The notes below the pieces were generated by a model. It was given only the letters and a program-made list of their open reading frames with translations, was not told where the DNA came from and did not search any database. A stretch of DNA of 64,000 bases from Polyangiales bacterium (GTDB taxonomy: Bacteria; Myxococcota_A; Polyangia; Polyangiales; JADJQN01), in assembly GCA_964202905.1 (NCBI GenBank), contig CAXNJO010000006.1, forward strand, positions 288,001 through 352,000, written 5' to 3'. The position numbers were made by a program, and so were the translations under genes. Positions 23,914 through 35,079 of the stretch are shown one piece after another. Positions within the stretch are counted from its first letter, which is position 1. Each line of letters opens with the position of its first letter.

Positions 23914-25394
23914 GCGCCGCGGAGATCACGGGGCTCGGCGTGGTCGCGCTCGCCGAGAAGGTGCAGCGCGGCGAGCTGCGCGCGGTCGAGGTCGCGCAGG
24001 CCTTCCTCGACCGCATCGCGCACCTCGACGCGGGCGTCGGTGCGTTCCTGCACGTCGATGGCGAGGGGGCGCTCGCGCACGCCGCGGGTGTCGATCGGCT
24101 CGCCCCGGAGGCGCGGCGCGCGCTGCCGCTCGCGGGCGTGCCCGTCGCCATCAAGGACAACCTCTGCACGCGCGGCGTGCCGACGACCTGCGCGTCGAAG
24201 ATCCTCGCCGGCTGGGTGCCGCCCTACGACGCGCACGCGGTCGAGCGGCTGCGCGCGGCGGGCGCGACGCTCGTCGGCAAGACGAACATGGACGAGTTCG
24301 CGATGGGCTCGTCCAACGAGAACAGCGCGTTCTGGCCCGTGCGCAACCCGTGGGATCGCACGCGCGCGCCGGGCGGCTCGTCGGGCGGCTCCGCGGCGGC
24401 GACGGCGGCGGCCTTCGCGGCGGCCTCGCTCGGCAGCGACACGGGTGGCTCGGTGCGTCAGCCGGGCGCCTTCTGCGGCGTCGCGGCGATCAAGCCCACC
24501 TACGGGCGCATCTCGCGCTACGGGCTCATCGCGTTCGCGTCCTCGCTCGACCAGATCGGGCCCTTCGCGCGGACGACGCGCGACGCGGCGCGCGTCCTCG
24601 GCGTGATCGCGGGGCACGACCCGCGCGATGCGACGAGCGTCGCGCGCGAGGTGCCCGACTACGAGGCCGAGTGCGGGCAGCCGCTCGCCGGGATGCGAAT
24701 CGGCGTCGTGCGCGAGGCGCTCGGCGAGGGCGTCGAGCCGGCCGTTCGTGCGGCGATCGAGGCCGCGCTCGAGGTCTACCGCGCGCTCGGCTGTGCGATC
24801 GTCGACGTCGCGCTCCCGCATGCGCACCACGCGGTCGCGACGTACTACCTGATCGCGCCGGCCGAGTGCTCCTCGAACCTCGCGCGCTTCGACGGCATGC
24901 GCTTCGGCCTCCGCAGCCCGGGCGCCGACCTCGCCGAGACGTACGGCCGCACGCGCGCCGAGGGCTTCGGCCCCGAGGTCAAGCGCCGCATCATGCTCGG
25001 CACGTACGCGCTCTCGGCGGGCTACTACGACGCCTTCTACGTCAAGGCGCAGAAGGCCCGCACGCTCATCGCGCGCGACTACGACGCGGCCTTCGCGACG
25101 TGCGACGCGGTGCTCACGCCGACGTCACCGACGGTGGCCTTCGCGCTCGGCGAGAAGACGAGCGATCCGCTCGCGATGTACCTCGCCGACATCTTCACGC
25201 TGCCGCCGAGCCTCGCGGGGCTCCCTGCGGCGAACGTCGCGTGCGGCTTCTCGCCGGAGGGGCTGCCGATCGGGCTGCAGCTCGTCACGCGCGCGTTCGA
25301 CGAGCCTGGGCTCGTGCGCCTCGCGGACGGGTACGAGCGCGCGAGCGGGTTTGCGGGCAGGCGGCCGGCCGATCCGGCCAAGGGGAAGGGCTGA
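23910..25394 (+). CDS. gatA: Asp/Glu-tRNA amidotransferase subunit A
   Basis: AIKDN, GKTNMDEFAMGSS, PGGSSGGS, GSDTGGSVRQP, SRYGLIAFASSLDQ, EVKRRIMLGT. Confidence 0.97.
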   Translation: MSAAEITGLGVVALAEKVQRGELRAVEVAQAFLDRIAHLDAGVGAFLHVDGEGALAHAAGVDRLAPEARRALPLAGVPVAIKDNLCTRGVPTTCASKILAGWVPPYDAHAVERLRAAGATLVGKTNMDEFAMGSSNENSAFWPVRNPWDRTRAPGGSSGGSAAATAAAFAAASLGSDTGGSVRQPGAFCGVAAIKPTYGRISRYGLIAFASSLDQIGPFARTTRDAARVLGVIAGHDPRDATSVAREVPDYEAECGQPLAGMRIGVVREALGEGVEPAVRAAIEAALEVYRALGCAIVDVALPHAHHAVATYYLIAPAECSSNLARFDGMRFGLRSPGADLAETYGRTRAEGFGPEVKRRIMLGTYALSAGYYDAFYVKAQKARTLIARDYDAAFATCDAVLTPTSPTVAFALGEKTSDPLAMYLADIFTLPPSLAGLPAANVACGFSPEGLPIGLQLVTRAFDEPGLVRLADGYERASGFAGRRPADPAKGKG

Positions 25395-25398
25395 GGCC

Positions 25399-26867
<1,469 letters not shown>

Positions 26868-26871
<4 letters not shown>

Positions 26872-27969
26872 CGCCGCTCGACGCGGACGCGGTGCGGCCG
26901 CCGATCTCGCGCGCGCCGCTCTCGGGCGCTGCGTACTCGGCCGTCGAGTTCGACCCCGCCGACGACGCGGTGGTGCTGCTCGACCAGCGGCTCCTGCCCG
27001 GGCGCGTCGTCTACGTGCGCTGCACGACGCCCGACGCCGTCGCCGATGGCATCCGCGACATGGTCGTGCGCGGGGCGCCCGCCATCGGCATCGCGGCGGC
27101 CTACGCGGTCGCGCAGCTCGCGGCGCGGGAGCGGGGCGACGCGGCGGTGTTCCTCATGGCGTGCGGCGTCGCGGGGCGCGTGCTCGGCGCGACGCGGCCG
27201 ACGGCCGTGAACCTCGCGTGGGCGATCGCGCGGATGGCGCGTCGTGCGGCCGACGTCGCGCGGCTGCCCGCCGAGGCGCGTGCTGCGGCGATGCGCGCGG
27301 AGGCCGAGGCCATCCACGCCGAGGACGTCGCCGCGTGCCGCGCGATGGGCGCGCTCGGTGCGCTCGACGTGCCCGACGACGCGACGATCCTCACGCACTG
27401 CAACGCGGGCGCGCTCGCGACGGGCGGTTACGGGACGGCGCTCGGCGTCGTGCGCGCGGCGCGCGCGGCGGGCAAGCGCGTGCGTGTGCTCGCGGACGAG
27501 ACGCGGCCCTATCTGCAGGGCGCGCGGCTCACGGCGTGGGAGCTCGCGGCCGACGGCGTCGACGTCGAGGTCATCACCGACGGGATGGCCGGACACTTCT
27601 TCCAGCGCGGCGCGATCCAGTTCGTCGTCGTCGGCGCCGACCGCGTCGCCGCGAACGGCGACGTCGCGAACAAGATCGGCACGTACGGCGTCGCCGTGCT
27701 CGCGCGCGCACACGGCGTCCCCTTCACGGTCGCGGCGCCGTGGAGCACGGTGGACCTGCGCACGCCCGTCGGGCGCCGAGATCCCGATCGAGGAGCGCGC
27801 GAGCGACGAGGTCGCGCGCATCGGCGAGATGCAGATCGTGCCCGCGGGCGTCGCGTGTCGGCATCCCGCCTTCGACGTGACGCCCGCGCGCCTCGTGGAC
27901 GCCGTCTACACCGAGCGCGGCGTGTTCCGCCCGGGCCGCGGCGAGGGGCCGGGCACCGTCGCGCGCTGA
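26868..27969 (+). CDS. mtnA: S-methyl-5-thioribose-1-phosphate isomerase (one +1 frameshift near 27766)
   Basis: GTGA overlap with gat[58 protein letters not shown]-terminus IPIEER...PAFDVTP lies in the next frame. Confidence 0.93.
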
Positions 27970-28005
27970 GCCGCGCCGCGCGGGCCCGGAGCCGTCACAC
28001 GCCGC

Positions 28006-28317
28006 TCAGCCGCCCTCGGCCTCGGCGCGCGCGACCCACGCGCGGATCTCGCGCTCGATCACCTCGATCGCCTTCGATTTGAAGGGCCGCAGCAGCAGCG
28101 GCACGTCGAGGTCGATGAGGATCTCGCGCGCCGCGAGCTCGATCGAGCCCTTCAGCGTGACGCCCTTCACGGTGAAGCTCGTCTCGGCGCGCTGCGCGTC
28201 GAGCCAGCGCAGGGCGGGGCGGTACTCGGCGAAGCGCTCCGCGTAGCTGGCGAAGGCTTGCTCGGCGACGCGACGCGCGCGCTCGGGGCCGAGGGGGTGG
28301 GGGATGCTGTGCTTCAT
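28006..28317 (-). CDS. Polyhydroxyalkanoic-acid-system (PHA_gran_rgn-like) small protein
   Basis: [16 protein letters not shown]...LRW...[12 protein letters not shown]...[12 protein letters not shown]; about 103 aa. Confidence 0.72.
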   Translation of the reverse strand: MKHSIPHPLGPERARRVAEQAFASYAERFAEYRPALRWLDAQRAETSFTVKGVTLKGSIELAAREILIDLDVPLLLRPFKSKAIEVIEREIRAWVARAEAEGG

Positions 28318-28402
28318 CTCGCTCCATGGCCGCACGCGCGGCGGCGCAGAGTCTAGAGCACGCGGGCGTGCGAGGGCCACGAAGTGGCGGCGCGCGATCG
28401 GA

Positions 28403-30286
28403 TCAGTCGCGTGTGTCGAAGACGTAGGCGGCGCCGGCGTTCCCGGCGCGGTCGTTCGTCTGGTCACCGTCGATGCCCGTGGCGTTGCTCGCCTCGTAGG
28501 GCGCGCCGACCGCGAGGCGGCGGCCGTCGCTCGAGAGGGAGACGCCGTGGCCGAAGAAGTCGGCCATCCCCGTGTTCGAGGCCTTCACGTAGGCCTCCTG
28601 GGCCCACGACGTCGCCGTGCGCACGAACACGTAGACCGCGCCGGACGTGGAGGTGCTGTTGCTCGCCTGGTCACCGCCGACGCCGGTGGCGCTGCTGCCT
28701 TCGCCGATGGCCCCGACCGCGAGGCGCAGGCCGTCTGCGGAGAGGGCGAGGGTCCAGCCGAATTGGTCGAACGGCCCCGTGTTCGACGCCTTGAGGTAGG
28801 CGTCCTGGCTCCACGTCGTGCCCGTCCGCGAGAAAACGTAGACGGCGCCGGCGTCCGGTGCACCGTCGCTCGTCGGGTCGCCGCCGACGCCGGTGGCGCT
28901 GCTGTCCTCGTGCCAGGCGCCGACCGCGAGCTGATTGCCGTCGGCGGAGAGGGAGACGCTGATGCCGAACTCGTCGCGGGCGCCCGTGTTGCCGGCCTTC
29001 ACGTAGGCCTCCTGCGTCCACGTCGTGCCCGAGCGTGTGAAGACGTACACGGCGCCGGACTCGCGGGCGGCGTTGTTCGCCTGATCGCCGCCGATGCCGG
29101 TCGCGTTGCTGTCCTCGCCGTTCGCGCTGACCGCGAGGCGGCTGCCATCGCTTGAGAGGGTCACGCTGTAGCCGAAGCTGTCGCCGGGCCCGGCCGTCGA
29201 GGCCTTGACGTAGGCCTCCTGCGCCCACGTCGTGCCCGTACGCGCGTAGACGTACACGGCGCCCGAGCCCGTCGCGGCGTTGTTCGTCTGGTCGCCGCCG
29301 ATGCCCGTGGCGTTGCTGTCCTCGCCGTTCGCGCCGACGGCGAGGTGGGAGCCGTCGGCGGAGAGGGCGACGCTGAGGCCGAAGTAGTCGCTCGCGTTCG
29401 TGTTCGAGGCCTTGACGTAGGCCTCCTGTGCCCAGGATGAACCCGTGCGCGTGAAGACGTACACGGCGCCGGACTCGCGGGCGGCGTCGTTGATGGCGGA
29501 GCCGTTGATGCCGGTGGCGTTGCTGTCTTCGCCGATGGCCCCGACCGCGAGGCGGCTGCCGTCCGCGGAGAGGGAGACGCTCTGCCCGAAGTTGTCGTTC
29601 GCGCCCGTGTTCGCGGCCTTGACGTAGGCCTCCTGCGCCCACGTCGTGCCCGTGCGGACGAAGAGGTAGACGGCGCCCGCTCGGTTGGCGGCGTCGTTGC
29701 TCTGGTCGCCGCCGACCCCGAAGGCGTTGCTCGACTCCCAGTTCGCCCCCACTGCGAGGCGGGTGCCATCGGCGGAGAGGGCGAGGGCGTGGCCGAAGTC
29801 GTCGCCCACGCCCGTGTTCGAGGCCTTGACGTAGGCGTTCTGGACCCAGAGTGGCGCGCAGGCGCCCGCCACGACGACGAACCCGAGGCCGCACGTCGGC
29901 ACGGCCATGTCGACCCCCAGATCGGCGGCGATGGCCATGTCCTCGGGCATCGCCATGTCGACCGCGATGGCCATGTCCTCCGGCGTTGCCATGTCGACCG
30001 CGATGGCCATGTCCTCGGGCGCCGCCATGTCGACCGCGATGGCCATGTCCTCGGGCGCCGCCATGTCGAGCGCGAGGGCCATGTCCTCGGGCGCCGCCAT
30101 GTCGAGCGCGACGGCCATGTCCTGCGGGTTCGTCATGTCCTCCGGCGCCGTCATGTCCGTGGTGAAGGTCATGTCGGTGGCCGGGCCCGCGTCATCGACC
30201 ACGTTGGTCGCGTCGTCGGAACAGGCGCTCAGCGAGGACGCAGTGACGAAGGAGAGAGCCAGCAGGATCCGGCAGTCGATGCGCAT
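28403..30286 (-). CDS. FG-GAP (integrin-alpha-like) repeat lipoprotein
   Basis: Lipobox LSAC; seven repeats YVKASNT...FG.SVSLSADG.RLAVGA..E.S...GAVYVF. Confidence 0.9.
   Translation of the reverse strand: MRIDCRILLALSFVTASSLSACSDDATNVVDDAGPATDMTFTTDMTAPEDMTNPQDMAVALDMAAPEDMALALDMAAPEDMAIAVDMAAPEDMAIAVDMATPEDMAIAVDMAMPEDMAIAADLGVDMAVPTCGLGFVVVAGACAPLWVQNAYVKASNTGVGDDFGHALALSADGTRLAVGANWESSNAFGVGGDQSNDAANRAGAVYLFVRTGTTWAQEAYVKAANTGANDNFGQSVSLSADGSRLAVGAIGEDSNATGINGSAINDAARESGAVYVFTRTGSSWAQEAYVKASNTNASDYFGLSVALSADGSHLAVGANGEDSNATGIGGDQTNNAATGSGAVYVYARTGTTWAQEAYVKASTAGPGDSFGYSVTLSSDGSRLAVSANGEDSNATGIGGDQANNAARESGAVYVFTRSGTTWTQEAYVKAGNTGARDEFGISVSLSADGNQLAVGAWHEDSSATGVGGDPTSDGAPDAGAVYVFSRTGTTWSQDAYLKASNTGPFDQFGWTLALSADGLRLAVGAIGEGSSATGVGGDQASNSTSTSGAVYVFVRTATSWAQEAYVKASNTGMADFFGHGVSLSSDGRRLAVGAPYEASNATGIDGDQTNDRAGNAGAAYVFDTRD
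29902..30177 (-). repeat. 36-bp coding tandem repeat (PEDMA[I/L]A[V/L]DMA[A/T/M]) in the linker
   Basis: ggccatgtcgaccgcgatggccatgtcctcgggcgc-like unit, about 6 good copies plus degenerate ones. Confidence 0.88.
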
Positions 30287-30341
30287 GACGGCGAAACAAG
30301 TCCTCGAACGGCGGCGTAATGTCAACGTGTGGTCGGTCGCG

Positions 30342-32624
30342 TCAACGCCGCCCGAGGCGCAGCGCGTTGAGCACGACCGTCACCGAGCTGAGCGCCATCG
30401 CGCCGGCGGCGAGCATCGGGCCGCCGAACGCCGCGAGGAGGCCGAGCGCGGCGAGCGGGATGCCCGCGACGTTGTAGGCGAAGGCGAAGAAGAGGTTCTG
30501 GCGCACGGTGCGCAGCGTGCGGCGACTGGTGTCGATGGCCTCGAGCACCGCGCCGACCTCGCCGCGCACGAGCGTGATGGGCGCGGTGTCGATGGCGACG
30601 TCGGTGCCGCCCGCGAGCGCGAAGCCGACGTCGGCCGCTGCGAGGGCGGGCGCGTCGTTGACGCCGTCGCCGACCATGCCGACGACGTGGCCCGCGGCGC
30701 GGAGCGACTCGATGCGCGCGAGCTTGTCTTCCGGGCGAGCCCCCGCCACGACGAGCGCGGGGTCGAGGCCGACCTCGCGCGCGACGGCGTGGGCGACGCG
30801 GGCGTGATCGCCGGTCACGAGGTGCAGCGAGATCCCGAGCGCACGCAGCCGCGCGACGGCCGCGGCGCTCGACGCGCGCACCGGGTCGCGGACGCCGAAG
30901 AGCGCGGCGTCGACGCCGTCGATCTGCACGAGCATCACGCTGCGCGCGTCGCGGGTGAGGGCTTCGTGCGCCGCCTCGAGGCGGGCGCGCGCGTCGTCGT
31001 CGCGCGGGGCCGCGGCGTCGACGGCGCCGACGAAGACGCGCGTCTCGCCGACGCGGCCGCGCACGCCGCGCCCGGCCTCGGCGATCACGCTCGTGGCGCG
31101 CGGGACCACGAGCTGGCGGTCGCGCGCGGCCTGCACGACGGCGCGCGCGAGCGGGTGGGGGCTCTCCGCCTCGAGCGCGGCGGCGAGCGCCAGCACCTCG
31201 GCCTCGGCGCGCGCGTCGAGCAGGACGACGTCGGTGAGCCCGGGGCGCCCCTCGGTGAGCGTGCCCGTCTTGTCGAGGACGAGCGCGCCGATGTGCGCCG
31301 CGCGCTCGAGCGCCGCCGCGTCGCGTACGAGCACGCCGCGTCGCGCCGCGAGCCCGGTGCCGACGAGGATGGCCGTCGGCGTCGCGAGCCCGAGCGCGCA
31401 CGGACACGCGATCACGAGCACCGAGACGGCGGTGAGCAGCGCTTCGTCGAGCGTCGCGCCTGCGAGCAGCCAGCCCGCGAGCGTGATGAACGCGACGCCG
31501 ACGACGACCGGCACGAACACCGCGCTCACGCGATCGGCGAGCCGCTGCACGGGCGCGCGCGAGCCCTGCGCGTCGGCGACGAGGCGCACGATCCGCGCGA
31601 GCGTCGCGTCCGCACCGGTGTGCGTGGCCTCGACCTCGAGCGGGGCGCCGAGCGCGAGCGTGCCGCCGATCACCGCGTCCCCCGGGCCCCGCGCGATGGG
31701 CGCGCTCTCGCCGGTGACGAGCGACTCGTCCACGCTCGTATGACCATCCCGAACGATGCCATCGACGGGGATGCGCTCGTCGGCGCGCACGCGCACCACG
31801 TCGCCGGGGACGACCTCGCCGACGGGCCGCTCGCGCTCGATTCCGTCGCGCACCACGCGCGCCGTCGCGGGCTGCAGCCGCGCGAGCGCGCGCAGCGACG
31901 CGCCGGCCTGCCGCCGCGCGCGCGCCTCGAGCCATTTGCCGACGAGGACGAGCGTGACGATCATCGCCGCCGTCTCGAAGTAGAGGTGCGCGTGCCCCGT
32001 TTGCACGTGGGCGTCGCCGCGCAGCAGCACCGCGAGCGACCATGCGAAGGCCGCGCCCGCGCCCGTCGCGACGAGCGTGTCCATCGTCGCCGTCGCGTGC
32101 CGCAGGCTGCGCGCGGCGCCCACGAAGAAGGGCGCGCCCGCGCCGAACGTCACGAGCGCGGCGAGCCCCGCCTGCACCCACGCGTGCCCGGTGAATTGCA
32201 GCGCGGGGACCATCGCGACGAGCATCAGCGGCACGGAGAGCACCGTCGCGAAGAGCAGCCGCGCGCTCGCCGCGACGCCGCCGGGCACGGGGCGGGGTGC
32301 CGCGAGGGCGTCGATCGACGAGGCGGGAGCGGCGGTCGATGCGTCGCCCGGCTTCGTCGCGGGCGGGATGTGCGCGACGTAGCCGGCCTTCGCGACGGCC
32401 GCGGCGAGCGCGGCGCGGAGTGCGTCGTCGGGCGCGCTCACGCCATCGTCCGCGGATGCGCGCAGGCGCACCGTGGCCTCTTCGGTGGCGAGGTTCACGG
32501 TCACCGCATCGACACCGGGGACCGCCGCGAGCGCGCGCTCGACGCGCCCGACGCACGCGGCGCAGGTGATCCCCTCGACGGGGAAGCGCAGGGTGCTCTC
32601 GTCTGCGGCGCTCACCACTCTCAT
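30342..32624 (-). CDS. copA: Cu(I)-translocating P1B-type ATPase
   Basis: HMA GITCAAC, TGES, CPC, DKTGT, HP, GDGVNDAPAL, YN and MALSS TM motifs. Confidence 0.92.
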   Translation of the reverse strand: MRVVSAADESTLRFPVEGITCAACVGRVERALAAVPGVDAVTVNLATEEATVRLRASADDGVSAPDDALRAALAAAVAKAGYVAHIPPATKPGDASTAAPASSIDALAAPRPVPGGVAASARLLFATVLSVPLMLVAMVPALQFTGHAWVQAGLAALVTFGAGAPFFVGAARSLRHATATMDTLVATGAGAAFAWSLAVLLRGDAHVQTGHAHLYFETAAMIVTLVLVGKWLEARARRQAGASLRALARLQPATARVVRDGIERERPVGEVVPGDVVRVRADERIPVDGIVRDGHTSVDESLVTGESAPIARGPGDAVIGGTLALGAPLEVEATHTGADATLARIVRLVADAQGSRAPVQRLADRVSAVFVPVVVGVAFITLAGWLLAGATLDEALLTAVSVLVIACPCALGLATPTAILVGTGLAARRGVLVRDAAALERAAHIGALVLDKTGTLTEGRPGLTDVVLLDARAEAEVLALAAALEAESPHPLARAVVQAARDRQLVVPRATSVIAEAGRGVRGRVGETRVFVGAVDAAAPRDDDARARLEAAHEALTRDARSVMLVQIDGVDAALFGVRDPVRASSAAAVARLRALGISLHLVTGDHARVAHAVAREVGLDPALVVAGARPEDKLARIESLRAAGHVVGMVGDGVNDAPALAAADVGFALAGGTDVAIDTAPITLVRGEVGAVLEAIDTSRRTLRTVRQNLFFAFAYNVAGIPLAALGLLAAFGGPMLAAGAMALSSVTVVLNALRLGRR

Positions 32625-32727
32625 GTGCGGCCCGCGGTCTCGCGTGTCGAGCGCCTGCTGCGCGCTGGCGCACGGCGTGTCGCAGCGCTCCGCGCACCGT
32701 GTAGCGCGTGACGGCTGCGAGACGCAG

Positions 32728-33474
32728 CTAGGTACCTTCGCGGGCGCGGCCGAGGAAGGCGCGCGTGCGCTCGTGCTTCGGGTGGTCGAGGACGTCCTTC
32801 GAGGGACCATCTTCGAGGATGGTGACGCCGTGCAGGACGAGCGTGCGGTGGCTGACCTCCCGCGCGAAGCCCATCTCGTGCGTGACGACGAGCATCGTGA
32901 GGCCGTCCTCCGCGAGCTTGCGCATGACGTCGAGCACCTCGCCGACGCGCTCCGGATCGAGGGCGCTCGTCGGCTCGTCGAGGAGCAGCGCTTGTGGATC
33001 CATCGCGAGCGCACGCGCGATGGCGACGCGCTGCTGCTCCCCGCCCGACATCTCGTGCGGGTAGGCGTCGCTTCGATGCGAGAGCCCGACGCGCTCGAGC
33101 AGGGCGCGCGCCCGCGCGGTGGCGTCGGCGACGGAGACGCCCTTCACGTGGACGGGCGCCTCGATGATGTTGCCGAGCGCGGTGCGGTGGGCGAAGAGGT
33201 TCCACTGCTGGAAGACCATCCCGACCTTGCGCCGCAGGGCGAGGAGCGCGCGCTTGTTCTTCTTCGCGCCGCCCGGCTCGAGCGTCTCGCCGGCGACGAC
33301 CACGCGGCCCGCGTCGAAGTCCTCGAGGCCGTTCAGGCAGCGCAACAACGTGCTCTTGCCGCCGCCCGACGGACCGACGAGCGCGACGACCTCGCCCTTC
33401 TCGAAGCGCACGGAGATGTCGTCGAGGACGCGCCGATTGCCGAATGATTTCGATAGCTTGCTGACTTCAATCAT
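32728..33474 (-). CDS. Polar amino-acid ABC transporter ATP-binding protein (GlnQ-like)
   Basis: GPSGGGKST, MVFQQ, SGGEQQRVAIARAL, DEPTSALDPE, VTHEMGFA. Confidence 0.95.
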   Translation of the reverse strand: MIEVSKLSKSFGNRRVLDDISVRFEKGEVVALVGPSGGGKSTLLRCLNGLEDFDAGRVVVAGETLEPGGAKKNKRALLALRRKVGMVFQQWNLFAHRTALGNIIEAPVHVKGVSVADATARARALLERVGLSHRSDAYPHEMSGGEQQRVAIARALAMDPQALLLDEPTSALDPERVGEVLDVMRKLAEDGLTMLVVTHEMGFAREVSHRTLVLHGVTILEDGPSKDVLDHPKHERTRAFLGRAREGT

Positions 33475-35063
33475 GACCGGGCCAGCCTTTCCTCGAGCTT
33501 CCGGGCGAAGATCGAGAGCGGGTAGCTCATCGCGAAGTAGAGGCCCGCGCAGAGCAGCCCGGGCAGCACGTGGCTGCGCACGTCGACGGCGACGATCGTC
33601 ATGCGCTTCGTCAGCTCGACGACGGTGATGACCGACACGAGCGAGCTGTCCTTGAGCAGCGCGATGAAGTCGTTCGTCACCGAGGGCAGCGCGAGCCGGA
33701 AGGCCTGCGGCATCACCACGCGGCGCAGCGCGAGCGGCAGGCTCATGCCGAGCGAGAGCGCGGCCTCGAGCTGGCCCTTCGGCACGGCCTGCACGCCGGC
33801 GCGATAGACCTCGGCCTCGTAGGCCGCGTAGTTCATCCCGAGGCCGATCACGGCGGCGACGAGGGGCGAGAGGCGGATGGTGTCCGCGAGCCCGTAGTAG
33901 AGGATGTAGAGCTGCAGCAGCACGGGCGTGCCGCGGTAGATCTCGACGTAGGCGCCCGCGAGCGCCGCGAGCGGCTTCGGCGCGTAGAGGCGGCCGAGCG
34001 CGACGGCGATGCCGAGCGGGATCGCGAGCAGCATCGCCAGCACCGAGACGAGCAGCGTAACGCCCGCGGCCTCGACGAAGAGCGCCACCTGGCCTGCGCT
34101 CATGCTGCGCTTCCCGCCTGCGACCGCCGCGGCCGAGGGCGCGATGGCGGGCGTTCCCTGCGCGGCGGCCTCGGGCAGGTGCAGCATCCGCCGCTGCTCC
34201 GCGTCGCCCCAGGTGCGCAGGCCGAGCTGGCGGTCGTTCCAGAGGTTCTCGCGGCGCAGGATCTGCTCGAGCTCGCCGCGCTCCACGATGCGGACGAGCG
34301 CTTCGTCGAGCGCGCGCCCGAGCGACTCGTCCGCGGGGCGCGAGGCGATCGAATAGAAGCCGTCGCCGAGGTCGCCGACGACCCGCAGCTCGGGTTTCGG
34401 CTCGCCGTAGAGCGTCGCGATGATGTCGTCGAGGAGCACCGCGTCGTTCCGGCCCGCGACGCAGTCGGCGTACGGCTCCTCCTGGCCTTCGTAGCCGACG
34501 ATCTCGGCCTTGCCTTGCAGCATCTCCTCCGAGAAGGAGGCCGTGAGCGTGCCGATGCGCAGCCCGACAAGCGCGTTCAGGTCGGCGCGCACGCGCGTGT
34601 TGTCGCGCCGGGCCATCAGGCGCGCGGCGAAGACGTAGTAGGGGCGCGAGAAGCGGACGCGGCCGACGCGTGGCTGCATGACCTCGAGGCCGTTCAAGAC
34701 GATGTCGAACGTGTCGCGCTCGAGCGAGGGGATGAGCGCGGACCAGTCGTTCTGGACGAACTCGGCGCGCACGCCGAACTCGCGCGCGAGGGCGTTCGCG
34801 AGATCGACCTCGAAGCCCCGGATCTTCGAAGGATCGTTGGGATCTTCGTAGACGTAGGGCGCGCCGCCCTGCAAGTCGCCGCCCCAGCGCAGCACGCCCG
34901 CGGCCTTCACGCGGCGGAGGCTGCCGTCGTCGCGGGGCCCGGCGTCGGCGGCGTTGGCGGGCGTCGGGGTCGGCGTCTGCTCGCTGCCGCCGCAGGCGCA
35001 GAGCGCGAGCGCCGTCAGGAGGAGGCCGAGGCCGAGTGAAGGGACGTTCTCGCGTGGGTTCAT
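33471..35063 (-). CDS. Fused substrate-binding/permease subunit of a polar amino-acid ABC transporter
   Basis: Lipobox-like LCAC; SBP family 3 (GFEVDLA, FSRPYY); permease YVEIYRGTPVLLQ, YAAYEAE..RAG, LLKDSSL. Confidence 0.92.
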   Translation of the reverse strand: MNPRENVPSLGLGLLLTALALCACGGSEQTPTPTPANAADAGPRDDGSLRRVKAAGVLRWGGDLQGGAPYVYEDPNDPSKIRGFEVDLANALAREFGVRAEFVQNDWSALIPSLERDTFDIVLNGLEVMQPRVGRVRFSRPYYVFAARLMARRDNTRVRADLNALVGLRIGTLTASFSEEMLQGKAEIVGYEGQEEPYADCVAGRNDAVLLDDIIATLYGEPKPELRVVGDLGDGFYSIASRPADESLGRALDEALVRIVERGELEQILRRENLWNDRQLGLRTWGDAEQRRMLHLPEAAAQGTPAIAPSAAAVAGGKRSMSAGQVALFVEAAGVTLLVSVLAMLLAIPLGIAVALGRLYAPKPLAALAGAYVEIYRGTPVLLQLYILYYGLADTIRLSPLVAAVIGLGMNYAAYEAEVYRAGVQAVPKGQLEAALSLGMSLPLALRRVVMPQAFRLALPSVTNDFIALLKDSSLVSVITVVELTKRMTIVAVDVRSHVLPGLLCAGLYFAMSYPLSIFARKLEERLARS

Positions 35064-35079
35064 GGCGTGCCTCCTCGCT

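Noticed and set aside
27755..27780. Programmed frameshift in mtnA
   Set aside because: No slippery heptamer; a single extra C like the other indels in the region, so probably a sequence error.
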